A DNA stretch of 64,000 nt from Acidobacteriota bacterium (lineage in GTDB: Bacteria > Acidobacteriota > UBA890 > WLXD01). Shown piece by piece: positions 1 through 12,934 of the stretch; positions within the stretch are counted from its first letter, which is position 1; each line of letters opens with the position of its first letter. Under the pieces are notes generated by a model that had not been told where the DNA came from, searched no databases, and saw only the letters and a program-made list of their open reading frames with translations. The stretch lies in contig CAXWPL010000001.1 in NCBI GenBank assembly GCA_963666215.2, positions 640,001 to 704,000 on the forward strand. Reading direction: 5' to 3'. Position numbers and translations under genes: made by a program.

Positions 1-216
1 CACGGAGACGACGACCGCAACGTGCCGTTCGAAGCCAGCATCGACCTGGTCTCACGCTTGCGCGCCAAGGGAGACGTGCACTTCGAAGAGCTCTACTTCA
101 TCGACGACGTCCACGGCTTCTTGCGCCACGACAACTGGCTCACCGTCTTCCGCAGCGCAACCGACTTCTTCGATCGGCACCTCCGGCCGGCCAGCACAGC
201 CGCTTCCGGCGAATAG
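1..216 (+). CDS. S9/prolyl oligopeptidase-family hydrolase, C-terminal end (5'-partial)
   Basis: Frame open from base 1; HGDDDRNVP (catalytic Asp) and DDVHGF (catalytic His) motifs. Confidence 0.8.
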   Translation, partial: HGDDDRNVPFEASIDLVSRLRAKGDVHFEELYFIDDVHGFLRHDNWLTVFRSATDFFDRHLRPASTAASGE

Positions 217-284
217 AGGCTTACTCGCGGATCGTCGAGTCTGTGGAGCTGCAGGCCGGTTCGTGGCCGCGTAGGATTCCCGAC

Positions 285-1391
285 ATGACCAACGCAGACG
301 TCGACACCAACACCGTGAAAACCCTGGCCGCGCGCGAGATTCTCGATGCCCACGTGCGCGAGATTGTCGCCTGGCACTTCGACCCCGAGACGGGGTCGCC
401 CTTCTGGCTCGACTGGGCAAAGAGCCAGGATTGGAATCCGCGCACCGACATCAACGGCGTCGACGACCTGGTGATGTTCGGCCTGTTCGACGACGAGTAT
501 CTGCGCGGGGGGCCCGTGGAGCGCTGGATCCCCAAGGGACTGGCGGGCAAGCCCGTCTACACGTTCGAGACCGGCGGTACCACGGGCACGCCGAAGTCGC
601 GCATCAACATCAACGACTTCCGCGTCGACTACGAGCAGTTCTCCGACACCCTGCCCGACGAGCACTTCCCGCGCGGCTCCAACTGGCTGATGCTCGGGCC
701 GAGCGGGCCGCGGCGTTTGCGCTTGGCGGTGGAGCACTTGGCGCAGCATCGAGGCGGTATCTGCTTCTGTGTCGACCTCGACCCGCGCTGGGTCATCAAG
801 CTCATCCGCAAGGGTTGGACCGAGCACCTCAAGGCCTACCAGGAACACGTCATCGATCAGGCGTTGACCATTCTCGAATCGGGCCACGACATCCGCTGCA
901 TGTTCACCACCCCGAAGCTGCTCGAGGCGTTGGCGCTGCGACTCGAGGACAACGACAGCTCGCTCGGAGGCAAGGGCATCACCGGCGTCTTCTCCGGCGG
1001 CACCGAGTTCACCCCGCAGTGGAATCGCTTCGCCCACGAGGAACTGCTCGAGGGCGTCTACATGACACCGACCTACGGCAACACCCTCATGGGCCTTGCC
1101 GCCAGCGCCCCCAGCGGCCCGCACAACGACTACAAGATCACCTACTACGCCCCGCAACCGCGCGCCGTAGTGCAGGTGGTCGACCCCGACGACCCCGACC
1201 GTCTCGTCGACTACGGCGAGACCGGCCGCGTGATGCTGACAACGCTCACCAAGGAGTTCTTCCTGCCGCGCTTCCTCGAGCGCGACGAAGGTGAGCGCGA
1301 GCCTCCGTACGAGGCCTACCCCTGGGACGGAGTCAGCGGCCTGCGCCCGTTCAGCCGCTTCGCCGCCAAGACCACCGTCGGCGTGTACTAG
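285..1391 (+). CDS. EhpF/LuxE/PaaK-like adenylate-forming enzyme
   Basis: WHFDPETGSPFW N-terminus, P-loop ETGGTTGTPK, YGNT motif; short, lacking the C-terminal ANL lid; ATG at 285. Confidence 0.7.
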   Translation: MTNADVDTNTVKTLAAREILDAHVREIVAWHFDPETGSPFWLDWAKSQDWNPRTDINGVDDLVMFGLFDDEYLRGGPVERWIPKGLAGKPVYTFETGGTTGTPKSRININDFRVDYEQFSDTLPDEHFPRGSNWLMLGPSGPRRLRLAVEHLAQHRGGICFCVDLDPRWVIKLIRKGWTEHLKAYQEHVIDQALTILESGHDIRCMFTTPKLLEALALRLEDNDSSLGGKGITGVFSGGTEFTPQWNRFAHEELLEGVYMTPTYGNTLMGLAASAPSGPHNDYKITYYAPQPRAVVQVVDPDDPDRLVDYGETGRVMLTTLTKEFFLPRFLERDEGEREPPYEAYPWDGVSGLRPFSRFAAKTTVGVY

Positions 1392-1444
1392 TTCAGGGTA
1401 GTCCGACCAGGAGCTCAGCGACGCGCCGTGGCGACGCTAGGCAC

Positions 1445-4357
<2,913 letters not shown>

Positions 4358-4359
4358 CT

Positions 4360-4731
4360 TCAGCGGCCCGATTCGGAGGCACCGAGCAGATCGGTGAACC
4401 CGGCACCGCGCACGAGTCCGACCATGCGAGCCGCCTCGGCGCGGGCAACCCGATCGCCGAGCGGCGTGATCTCGTACGAGCGCCGGCGATCGCGAGAGCT
4501 GGTTTCGCTGTCTTCCGGATCCGCGCACTCCGAGATCAGACCTTCATCGAGCATCCAGCTCAGCCGGCGGTACAGCGCGCCTGCCTGCAGCTCGATTCGA
4601 CCTGCCGACCGTTCCGATGCCGCCTTCATCAGCGCATAGCCGTGCTGACGACCCTCGCGCAAGATGACGAGGACAAGAAAAACGTCGGGCTTCAATGGCA
4701 AATAGGGCTCAGTGTCGAGATTCGACGGCAT
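4360..4731 (-). CDS. PadR-family transcriptional regulator (alternative start 4773)
   Basis: HGYALMK...GALYRRL...RRRSYEITPLG winged-helix signature. Confidence 0.9.
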   Translation of the reverse strand: MPSNLDTEPYLPLKPDVFLVLVILREGRQHGYALMKAASERSAGRIELQAGALYRRLSWMLDEGLISECADPEDSETSSRDRRRSYEITPLGDRVARAEAARMVGLVRGAGFTDLLGASESGR

Positions 4732-4788
4732 GGGTTGTTTCCGGAGTGTTCGTGCGGTTTTCGGCTCGTCCATAGAGGGCAGCTGTCT

Positions 4789-4807
4789 TATAGACAAAAT
4801 GTCTATA
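4789..4807. promoter_or_regulatory. Palindromic operator, probably PadR autoregulatory
   Basis: Perfect 8-3-8 inverted repeat TATAGACA-AAA-TGTCTATA, AT-rich, just upstream of padR. Confidence 0.65.
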
Positions 4808-4957
4808 GCACCTAAAGACGGCCGCTCCGTGGCAATGGTTTCATCGAATCTTCGGCAACCTTCCTCAGCGGCTGGCGCCCACAGGGTCACCCGGCTTGCT
4901 CCGGCGCGCGGCAACAACGATCCTGGGGGTCGCGATCGCTAACGCTTGGAGGGAACG

Positions 4958-6376
4958 TTGATCCACTTTCCGGTGCTGCGCTGGGGCAAGGAGTACCAAA
5001 GCCTCGAGACCGAGACCGTTCTGGATTTCCAAACCGGTCAACACGTGGCCGAGGTCAGTCAGGCCAACGCGGGTATCGTGGGCCGAGACCTACGCAAAGC
5101 TCGCCGAGCCCGTCAGGCGCTCCAAGAGATCCCTGCCACGGAGCTCGTGGCGATGCTGCAGCGCGCCGGCGATCTGTTCATGTCGGCAGACCTGCCGCTC
5201 GGAGACGGCACTCAGACCCCCGACGACTTCGTGCGCCAGCAGTCAGCAACAACGGGTCTGCCCGAGCACATGTGCCGCATGAACATGGAGAAGCTGCGGT
5301 TCGTGCTCTCGCAGCTCGACGCCATCCTGGCAGCCTTGACACGCGGCCTCGATCTCGATCTCCTCACGTCGGGCTACGGCGAAGAGGACGGCCTGATGCG
5401 CAGCTACCAGCCGACCACCCCGGTGCTCGGCATGGTGTTGCCCTCGAACTCACCCGGCGTCCACAGCCTGTGGCTACCGGTACTGGCACTGCATGTCGGC
5501 CTCGTGCTCAAGCCGGGCCCGCAAGAGCCCTGGACACCGTGGCGAATGGCGCAGGCTTTCTTCGCGGCAGGCGTGCCACGCGAAGCCATCGCGCTTTATC
5601 CCGGCGGCGCCGACGTTGGCGCGGCGGTGCTGGCCCATACGCCACGGAGCCTCATCTTCGGGGGGCTCCCAACGGTCGAGATGTACAAGTCGAATCCAGC
5701 GGTCGAGGTGCACGGCCCCGGATTCAGCAAGATCCTGATGGGCGACGACATGGTAGACGACTGGGAGCAGCATCTCGACCTCATGGTCGACAGCGTGCTC
5801 GTCAACAGTGGCCGCTCATGCATCAACTGCTCTGGCATCTGGGCGTCGCGCCACACCGAGGCCATCGCCGAAGCCATCGCCGAGCGTCTTGGGGTGGTGG
5901 AGGCGCTGCCGCCCGGCGACCCGAACGCGCAGCTGGCCGCGTTCACCGTCCCCGGGCAAGCCAAGGCCATCTCGGCTGATATCGACGACGGACTCAAAGG
6001 CCCGGGGATCACCGAGGCCACTGCGAGCCTGCACCCCGACGGCCGGCTCATCGAGCGCGAGCGCTGCGACTACCTGCTGCCAACCGTCGTGCACTGCTCG
6101 TCGCCCGAGCCCCGCATCGCCACCGCGGAGTACATGTTCCCGTTCGTCACCGTGGTGGAGTGTCCGCAGGACAAGATGGTCGGCGCTATTGGCGATACGT
6201 TGGTCGCCACAGGTATCACCGGCGACAAGTCCTTCCGCGCCGACCTACTCGATGCGCAGAACATCGATCGCCTCAACATTGGCCCGATCCCGACGATCCA
6301 GCTCAACTGGCTGCAGCCGCACGAGGGCAGCATCGTCGACTTCCTGTATCGAGCCCGCGCCTTCCAGATGGCCTGA
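4958..6376 (+). CDS. Aldehyde dehydrogenase-superfamily protein, EhpG/LuxC-like
   Basis: PSNSPG, LVLKP, NSGRSCINCS (catalytic Cys), EYMFPF; HGPGFSK in place of ELGG; TTG 4958 with GGAGG RBS. Confidence 0.8.
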   Translation: MIHFPVLRWGKEYQSLETETVLDFQTGQHVAEVSQANAGIVGRDLRKARRARQALQEIPATELVAMLQRAGDLFMSADLPLGDGTQTPDDFVRQQSATTGLPEHMCRMNMEKLRFVLSQLDAILAALTRGLDLDLLTSGYGEEDGLMRSYQPTTPVLGMVLPSNSPGVHSLWLPVLALHVGLVLKPGPQEPWTPWRMAQAFFAAGVPREAIALYPGGADVGAAVLAHTPRSLIFGGLPTVEMYKSNPAVEVHGPGFSKILMGDDMVDDWEQHLDLMVDSVLVNSGRSCINCSGIWASRHTEAIAEAIAERLGVVEALPPGDPNAQLAAFTVPGQAKAISADIDDGLKGPGITEATASLHPDGRLIERERCDYLLPTVVHCSSPEPRIATAEYMFPFVTVVECPQDKMVGAIGDTLVATGITGDKSFRADLLDAQNIDRLNIGPIPTIQLNWLQPHEGSIVDFLYRARAFQMA

Positions 6377-6389
6377 GCGACGTCGAGCG

Positions 6390-6890
6390 CTAGGACGCGC
6401 GTAGCGGCCGAGTGGGATCAACACGCGTGGCGCGCATCGCAGGGATCCAGCAGGCGAGCAGCGCCACCACAACGAGGAACAATGCGGCAATGGCGAACGC
6501 CGTCGGATCGTGTCGGCCGACGCCGTAGCGCTGGCTCTCCAGATACCCCGAAAGCGTCGCGGCGGCGGCGACCCCGAGCGCCAGGCCGAGCCCGACGAGC
6601 AGCATGCCTTCACCCAGCACCATGCGACGCAGCTGTTGAGCACGGGCACCGAGCGCCATGCGGATGCCGATCTCGCGGGTTCGTCTCGTCACCAGGAAGG
6701 ACATGACGCCGTAAATGCCGATGCCGGCGAGCGTCAGTGCCAGAGCCGCGAAGGCCCCCAGCAATTGCACGATCGAGCGACGTGACGCCTCCCTCGCGCC
6801 GAGGGCCTCCTCCAGGGTCGTCACACGATCGACGGGCAGTGACGGATCGAGGCGCGCCACCTCGCCACGCAGCGTCGGTTGGTCAAGACG
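6390..6890 (-). pseudogene. C-terminal fragment of an ADOP/FtsX permease
   Basis: Only the last FtsX domain is present (GIYGVMSFLVTRRTREIGIRMALGA...PAMRATRVDP); upstream sequence is tpx; 5' boundary approximate. Confidence 0.7.
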
Positions 6891-6903
6891 TGGACTCGCC
6901 TCG

Positions 6904-7407
6904 TCAGAGCACGGCGAGCGCGGCGTCGTAGTCGGGCTCCTGGCCGAGTACGGGTACGAGCTCGGTATAGCCAACGTTACCGTTCTCATCGATGATGACA
7001 ACGGCGCGCGCCAGCAGGCCGGCGAGCGATCCGTCGACCATGGTCAACCCGTAGTCAGTGCCGAAGCTCGAAGAGCGAAACGTCGACACCGCGTCGACGT
7101 TCTCAATGCCCTCGGCACCGCAGAAACGAGCCTGCGCGAACGGCAAGTCGGCCGAGATGCACAGCACCGCGACGTCCGAGTTGGCCGCCGCCTCGTTGAA
7201 GCGCCGAATCGAAGCGGCGCAGACACCGGTGTCGACGCTCAAGAAGATGTTGAGCAGAACCCTCCGACCGGCGTAGTCGGCGAGCGACACCTCACCGAAA
7301 TCGCTGCCGACCAGCGTGAACGCCGGCGCGGCGCTGCCAACCGCAGGAAGCTCGCCATGGACGTTGACTGTGTTGTCGCCTACCGTAATTTGCGCCATCT
7401 CACTCAT
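6904..7407 (-). CDS. tpx: Thiol peroxidase (atypical 2-Cys peroxiredoxin)
   Basis: SVDTGVCAASIRRFN and ISADLPFAQARFCGAEG. Confidence 0.95.
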   Translation of the reverse strand: MSEMAQITVGDNTVNVHGELPAVGSAAPAFTLVGSDFGEVSLADYAGRRVLLNIFLSVDTGVCAASIRRFNEAAANSDVAVLCISADLPFAQARFCGAEGIENVDAVSTFRSSSFGTDYGLTMVDGSLAGLLARAVVIIDENGNVGYTELVPVLGQEPDYDAALAVL

Positions 7408-7575
7408 CTCCGGATTGGTCGTCAGATCGATTCAGTGTGCACTCTCCGTGCGGTCGAACCCTTTGTACAACGAACGGGTCAAGCCCGCTCGACAGGTGTA
7501 GAGTTGGATGGCTGTGGGTATTGTGGCCTCACAGCAGCGTTCAGCGAGTCTGCCACCGGCAACTGCGAGGCGATC

Positions 7576-8514
7576 ATGCGCAACTCAGGGCGAGTCTGGC
7601 TGGCCACGGTCGGGACTGTCGCGGTCACTACGATGTTGTCGGCGTCGGCTGCAGCGTCGGCACCGGGCGCGGCCACGCAGACTCGGATGCGGATGCCCGG
7701 GCTGGCCCCACACACCGCCTCTCTGTTCGAAAGCGGCCTCATCGAAACCGACGGCGACGAGTACGGCGTTATTCTGGCCCCCGACCACCGGAGCCTGTAC
7801 TTCGTGCGTCGCATCGAGCGGGATCGGCTCGAGCGCATCGAAATCTCACGCTTCGGTGACCTCGGTTGGGACGAGCCTGAGGTCGTGGACTTCTCGGGCA
7901 CTCACTTCGATAAGGAACCCTTCGTGGCGCCGAACGGCGTCGACCTCTACTTCGCCTCCACACGTCCTCGTAAGGGCGACGGCCCCGCCAATCCAGACAG
8001 CGACGCGTTCGATCTGTGGGTGGTGGAGATCAAGCGCGACGGCTGGGGCAAGCCACGCCATCTCGGCGACCAGATCAACAGCTCGGCGTACGAGAACTAT
8101 CCATCGGTGAGCTCCGCCGGCACGCTGTACTTCTCGTCGAAGCGGCCCGGCGGCGCCGGCGGCAACGACCTTTACCGCGCTCGCCTCGACGGCCGCGAGT
8201 ACATGGAGCCCGAAAACCTCCGCGCTCTGAACAGCGATGCGTCGGACGCCGATCCCTACATTGCACCCGACGAGAGCTTCCTCATCTTCTCGTCCACGCG
8301 AGCCGGCGGACACGGGCAGGGCGACCTGTTCGTGTCGTTCAACCGTGACGGTGCCTGGAGCGCTCCGCGCAACATGGGCGAGGCGGTGAACGGCCCGGGG
8401 TACGAGTACACACCCTATGTGTCGACCCCGTTCAACGCGCTGTTCTTCAGCCGCGACTGGGGTGAGGTGCTTTGGATCGACACCTCGCAGCTACCGTTGC
8501 GACCTGAAGAGTGA
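7576..8514 (+). CDS. Secreted PD40/TolB-like beta-propeller protein
   Basis: Signal peptide; repeated P-x-x-x-P-D/N-G-x-x-L-Y-F-x-S-x-R units. Confidence 0.8.
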   Translation: MRNSGRVWLATVGTVAVTTMLSASAAASAPGAATQTRMRMPGLAPHTASLFESGLIETDGDEYGVILAPDHRSLYFVRRIERDRLERIEISRFGDLGWDEPEVVDFSGTHFDKEPFVAPNGVDLYFASTRPRKGDGPANPDSDAFDLWVVEIKRDGWGKPRHLGDQINSSAYENYPSVSSAGTLYFSSKRPGGAGGNDLYRARLDGREYMEPENLRALNSDASDADPYIAPDESFLIFSSTRAGGHGQGDLFVSFNRDGAWSAPRNMGEAVNGPGYEYTPYVSTPFNALFFSRDWGEVLWIDTSQLPLRPEE

Positions 8515-8996
8515 GGCTGCTCGGCGCATTCGGAATCGCGGCCTACGTGCTGACGCAAGCCGCAACTCCGCCCCAGGGTTGCGTGGTCGACGAGACCACC
8601 GGCTGCGCCCTCGGTGACCGCTTTTCTGTGCAGGTGTCCTGGAAAGACGGAGACCACGAGCGACCTCTGACCCTGGTCGATAGCGGCAAGCAGCCCGACG
8701 ACGAGCTCCGATTCAAGGATCCCGACGGGCGCAACGTCCGCGTCAGCATCACCAACGGCTGTGACGAAAACGGCTACTACTGGATCCACTACAGCAACTC
8801 GGCTCGAGTGCCGCTACTGTTCGTTGCCACCGACATCACCGCAGAACAGACGCGCGGCTTTCTCGACCCCCAGGCCGATGGCAGCCAACACAGAATCACC
8901 TTCCGCGACGCCTTCAACACGTGTGACTCGACGACAGGTGATTCTGCGTCGGTACCGCAACCACAACCACGTTTGAATGAGCGCATGAGCGATTGA
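8511..8996 (+). CDS. Secreted hypothetical protein with four Cys
   Basis: GTGA overlap with the upstream gene; hydrophobic N-terminus; CALGDRFSVQVSW and NGCDENGYYW. Confidence 0.6.
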   Translation: MRLLGAFGIAAYVLTQAATPPQGCVVDETTGCALGDRFSVQVSWKDGDHERPLTLVDSGKQPDDELRFKDPDGRNVRVSITNGCDENGYYWIHYSNSARVPLLFVATDITAEQTRGFLDPQADGSQHRITFRDAFNTCDSTTGDSASVPQPQPRLNERMSD

Positions 8997-10411
8997 GCCT
9001 CTTCAACCGTATCGAGGACTTTCGCTCCGCCGACATGCCGGCGCGGCAGAGCTCTTTCTGGAAACTGGCGGGCCCGAGCGCCGTGCTCGTTGGCCTCTCG
9101 ATCGGCGCTGGCGAGATCATCATCTGGCCGCGCATCGTGGCCGAGTATGGGGCCACGATGGTCTGGGCGGCGGTGCTCGGCGTGTTCCTGCAACTGTGGG
9201 TCAACTTCGAGATCGGGCGCTACACCATCGCTACTGGCGAAACGATCTTCACCGGTTACCTGCGGCTGTGGCCGGGGTTTGCGCCCCTGATGATCGCCCT
9301 CACGGTGTTCGGCTACATCGCCCCGGGCTGGGCGCGTGCCTCGGGCCTCGCCCTCAAGGCTCTCACGGTGGGGCCCACGGGCGGAGGCAGCGACTTCTTC
9401 TGGACCAGCATCACCTTCGCCGCGGTAGCGCTGATTCTGTTCGGCCCGAAGATCGTCTATCGCTCGGTGGAGCGTAGCGTCACGGTGCTCATCGTGATCG
9501 TGACACTCGGGCTCATCGTCGTTGCGGCAGCGGTCAGCAGCGCCTCCACCTGGCGTGACCTCGGCGCCGGTCTGGTGAACGTCGGCTACATCGCCCCGGG
9601 AATGGACATCCGCGTGCTGTTCTCCGCGCTGGTGTTCGCCGGAGCCGGCGGCGTGGGCAACCTCTTCTACACCTTCTATCTGCGCGACAAGAACATCGGC
9701 ATGGGCGCCCGTATTCCCGCGCTCAGCAACCCCCTTCGTGGCGGCGGCAAGACCTTCTCGGAGGCCGGCTACAACTTCCCCGATACCCCGAGCAACCGCG
9801 CGGCCTTTGCGTCGTGGTGGCGCTATCTGCGCCAGGACCAGATGCTCTTTTTCTGGGGACTGAACACGTTCACGATGCTGCTGTTCATCGTGGGCGCGCT
9901 GGCGGTGCTCCACCCGAACGGCTTGGTGCCTGAACCGGGAACCCTCATCTGGGACGAAGCGGCGATTCTCGGGGAGATTTGGGGTGGGACAGGCCGCGCG
10001 CTGTTCCTCGTAATCGGGCTGGCGACGCTGCTGAGCACCCAGCTCGTGGTGGTCGATGGAGTCGCCCGATCGATCTCCGACATCCTGCACACGTCGTTCA
10101 CATCGATGCGGAAACGTGACCCGAGCGAGCTCTACGTGCTCATTGCCGGCGCCTGGATGGTGTCGGGCTGCGCCATCACCTGGCTCATGGAGTCGCGCGG
10201 CACCAGCGACCTCGGCTTCATCATGAACTCGGCCTACATGGGCGGCTTCGCGATGGCGGTGTACGTGCCGGCAACGCTCGTCGTGAACCGCCGGCTGCTG
10301 CCGGACTCGGCGCGCCCTGGGCGTGTGTGTACAACGATGATGATCATCGCCTCGGCGGTCTACATCGGCTTCGCGCTCAGCTCGATACTCTGGGAGATCC
10401 GCGGCGGCTAG
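8993..10411 (+). CDS. Nramp-family-like transporter
   Basis: GPSAVLVGLSIGAGEIIIWP; about 11 hydrophobic segments. Confidence 0.75.
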   Translation: MSLFNRIEDFRSADMPARQSSFWKLAGPSAVLVGLSIGAGEIIIWPRIVAEYGATMVWAAVLGVFLQLWVNFEIGRYTIATGETIFTGYLRLWPGFAPLMIALTVFGYIAPGWARASGLALKALTVGPTGGGSDFFWTSITFAAVALILFGPKIVYRSVERSVTVLIVIVTLGLIVVAAAVSSASTWRDLGAGLVNVGYIAPGMDIRVLFSALVFAGAGGVGNLFYTFYLRDKNIGMGARIPALSNPLRGGGKTFSEAGYNFPDTPSNRAAFASWWRYLRQDQMLFFWGLNTFTMLLFIVGALAVLHPNGLVPEPGTLIWDEAAILGEIWGGTGRALFLVIGLATLLSTQLVVVDGVARSISDILHTSFTSMRKRDPSELYVLIAGAWMVSGCAITWLMESRGTSDLGFIMNSAYMGGFAMAVYVPATLVVNRRLLPDSARPGRVCTTMMIIASAVYIGFALSSILWEIRGG

Positions 10412-10416
10412 AGCGC

Positions 10417-11205
10417 TCAGGTGCGCAAGTAGGAAGCTCCGTTGGCGTCGACAATGCAGCCGGTCGCGAAACCAATGCCATCGCCGGCCAGGAACTCGAC
10501 GATGCGCGCGATCTCATCGGGCTGGCCCACGCGGCCGAGCGGGCTCTGCGCGCGAATGGCGTCGCCGCTGGCTCCCTCCAGATGCGATGCCGCCATGTCG
10601 GTCTCGATGAACCCGGGAGCAACCACGCCAACGAAGATGTTGTGCGGCGCCAGGGCCTGGGCCATCGACTGGCTGAACGAGTTCAAGCCGGCCTTGCTGG
10701 CGCCGTAGGCCGGGGCCTGTGGCTCACCGCGAAACGCGCCCCGCGACGAGACATTGATGATGCGGCCGCCACCGCGCTCCGCCATGTGACGAGCCACGAC
10801 GTAGGTCAGGTTGGCGGGCCCGATCAGGTTGGTCTGCAGCGTCCGTTCCCACGCCATCTGCCAGCCCTCGAAGTCGAGCTCGGTGATCTCGTGGAGCTCG
10901 AAGATCCCGGCGTTGTTGACCAGGATATCGATCGCGCCCATGCGATCGACAACGCTCTCCGCCAGGTCGCGACACGCGTCCGGAACCGAAAGGTCGGCAG
11001 AAAAAGCTTCGTGCGCTTCGCCCTGGAGCTCTGCGACCACACTGTCGGCAGCGTCGCGTGCACTGTTGTAGTGAACCGCCACGCGCGCGCCGGCAGCGGC
11101 GAGACGCCTTGCGACCGCGGCGCCGATTCCGCGCGAGGCTCCGGTGACGAGCGCGATGTTTCCAGAAAGATCAGAAAGGGCGGAAGTATCGGTTGCCGAA
11201 ACCAT
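10417..11205 (-). CDS. SDR oxidoreductase
   Basis: TGASRGIG, NNAG, YGASK. Confidence 0.92.
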   Translation of the reverse strand: MVSATDTSALSDLSGNIALVTGASRGIGAAVARRLAAAGARVAVHYNSARDAADSVVAELQGEAHEAFSADLSVPDACRDLAESVVDRMGAIDILVNNAGIFELHEITELDFEGWQMAWERTLQTNLIGPANLTYVVARHMAERGGGRIINVSSRGAFRGEPQAPAYGASKAGLNSFSQSMAQALAPHNIFVGVVAPGFIETDMAASHLEGASGDAIRAQSPLGRVGQPDEIARIVEFLAGDGIGFATGCIVDANGASYLRT

Positions 11206-11323
11206 TTCGCCTCGTTGCCGGTAGTAGAAGCATGTCCGAGGTATCGGACTGAGTCGCGTATCTTATCGTTGTCAACCTTCCCCTCGCTCCAGCGCAATCG
11301 AGTCAACCCGTCAAGGAAGTCCC

Positions 11324-11863
11324 ATGGCAGAGAGTCGCCTACTGAGACTATGGGCTGCGCTCATCGGGGTGGTGCTGTTCATCTTCCTGAGCTGGATGCT
11401 GTTTGCGCTGTTTCTCCACGCCTTCAGCATCATAGGTGACGGTGGGGTGGCATCTCTGTTCGCCGACGCGATTTTCCAGCACAAGCTCGGCGAGTTGCTG
11501 ATTGTCGCGACGCTGATCGGCGCGGTGTACGTGGGAGTGCTGCGGCCCCCGGCGCAAGGAGCGGCGTTCTTCAACATGATCCGCTGGCCACTGCGGGTCG
11601 GCGCCCTGCTCAACCTCGTTGCCTGGTTGCCGCTGCGCCAGGGAACACGTTGGGGCACGTGGTCGATGATTCTGGCGATCGTCGGCGTTGCGGCGCCCGT
11701 CGTGCTGGCTCGCGTGGCGGCTCGCGGGATCACATCGGTGGCCACCACCACGCCGGTCCCTCACGACACGCTAGCCGCGCCAGTGCCTCCCGTCGCGCCC
11801 GCCGTAGAGGCCGAGCAGCCCCCCGAGCCCGAAGCCGACACAGGCGACGGCCAGGACGCCTGA
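11324..11863 (+). CDS. Hypothetical membrane protein (about 4 TM, Pro/acidic tail)
   Basis: Hydrophobic segments; AAGGA RBS before ATG. Confidence 0.6.
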   Translation: MAESRLLRLWAALIGVVLFIFLSWMLFALFLHAFSIIGDGGVASLFADAIFQHKLGELLIVATLIGAVYVGVLRPPAQGAAFFNMIRWPLRVGALLNLVAWLPLRQGTRWGTWSMILAIVGVAAPVVLARVAARGITSVATTTPVPHDTLAAPVPPVAPAVEAEQPPEPEADTGDGQDA

Positions 11864-11917
11864 CTTCGGCGTTCAGAACTCGGTAGAACACACATGGCGC
11901 TCGGCTACACTCGCCGC

Positions 11918-12913
11918 ATGTTGCCCACCGAATCCACGATGTACCAGGCTCTGTTCGAGCGCGACAGCTCGTTCGATGGGGTCTTCTTCGCGGCGGTCAA
12001 GACGACGGGCATCTTCTGCCGCCCCACCTGTCCGGCCCGAAAGCCGTTGCGCTCCAATATCGAGTACTACGCGGCGCAGCGAGAGGCTCTGCTGGCCGGC
12101 TTCCGACCCTGCAAACGCTGCCGCCCGCTCCGAGCCCAACGGCGAGCCGCCGAGCTGGCTTCGCGACCTGCTCGACCGACTCGAGCAGGTCCCCACGCGG
12201 CGCTGGCGCGATCGCGATCTGAGAGAAGAAGGGCTCGATCCGGTGCGTGTTCGCCGCTGGTTCAACACGCACCACGGCATGACGTTCCAGGCCTACCAGC
12301 GAGCCCGGCGGCTCGGCGACACTCCCGGCCGCAGCCGCGATCGCTCGCTTGTCGTAATGACCCGGCTGCTGACGCCGCTAGGCCCGATGGTCGCGGGCGC
12401 CAGCGACGAGGGAGTGTGTCTGCTCGAGTTTGCAGAACGCCGCATGCTCGAGACCCAACTGCGGCGACTGCAGCGTCACCTGAGCTGCGTGATGGCGCCA
12501 GGCAGTAATGAGCACATCGAGCGTTTGGATCGGCAGCTGATCGCCTATTTCGACGGATCGTTACGCGAGTTCAGCGTCCCGACCGTGACCCCGGCACGGA
12601 CTTCCAGCGACAGGTCTGGACCGAGCTGAGCGAGATTCCGTACGGCGAAACACGCTCCTACGACAGCCTCGCCCGCGCCCTTGGCCGGCCCGGCGCCCAA
12701 CGTGCCGTGGGTCGCGCCAACGGCGACAACCGCCTGGCGATCCTGCTGCCCTGTCACCGTGTGGTCGCGGCCGACGGCAAGTTGCGCGGCTACGGGGGCG
12801 GCCTGTGGCGCAAACGTTTCCTGCTCGAACACGAGCGGGGCCAGCGCCTGCCCGACGCGCGGGCAGCGCGCCCAGGCGCGGCTCCCATCCAAGAGCAGCA
12901 GCGGACGGCGTAG
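11918..12913 (+). pseudogene. ada: Ada bifunctional regulator / O6-methylguanine methyltransferase, disrupted
   Basis: CRPTC...CKRC Zn site, AraC-like segment and PCHR active site are split over three ORF pieces; +1 shift near 12131, -1 shift in the C-run 12589-12592. Confidence 0.85.
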
Positions 12914-12934
12914 AGACTACGTCTCGATAGCGCG

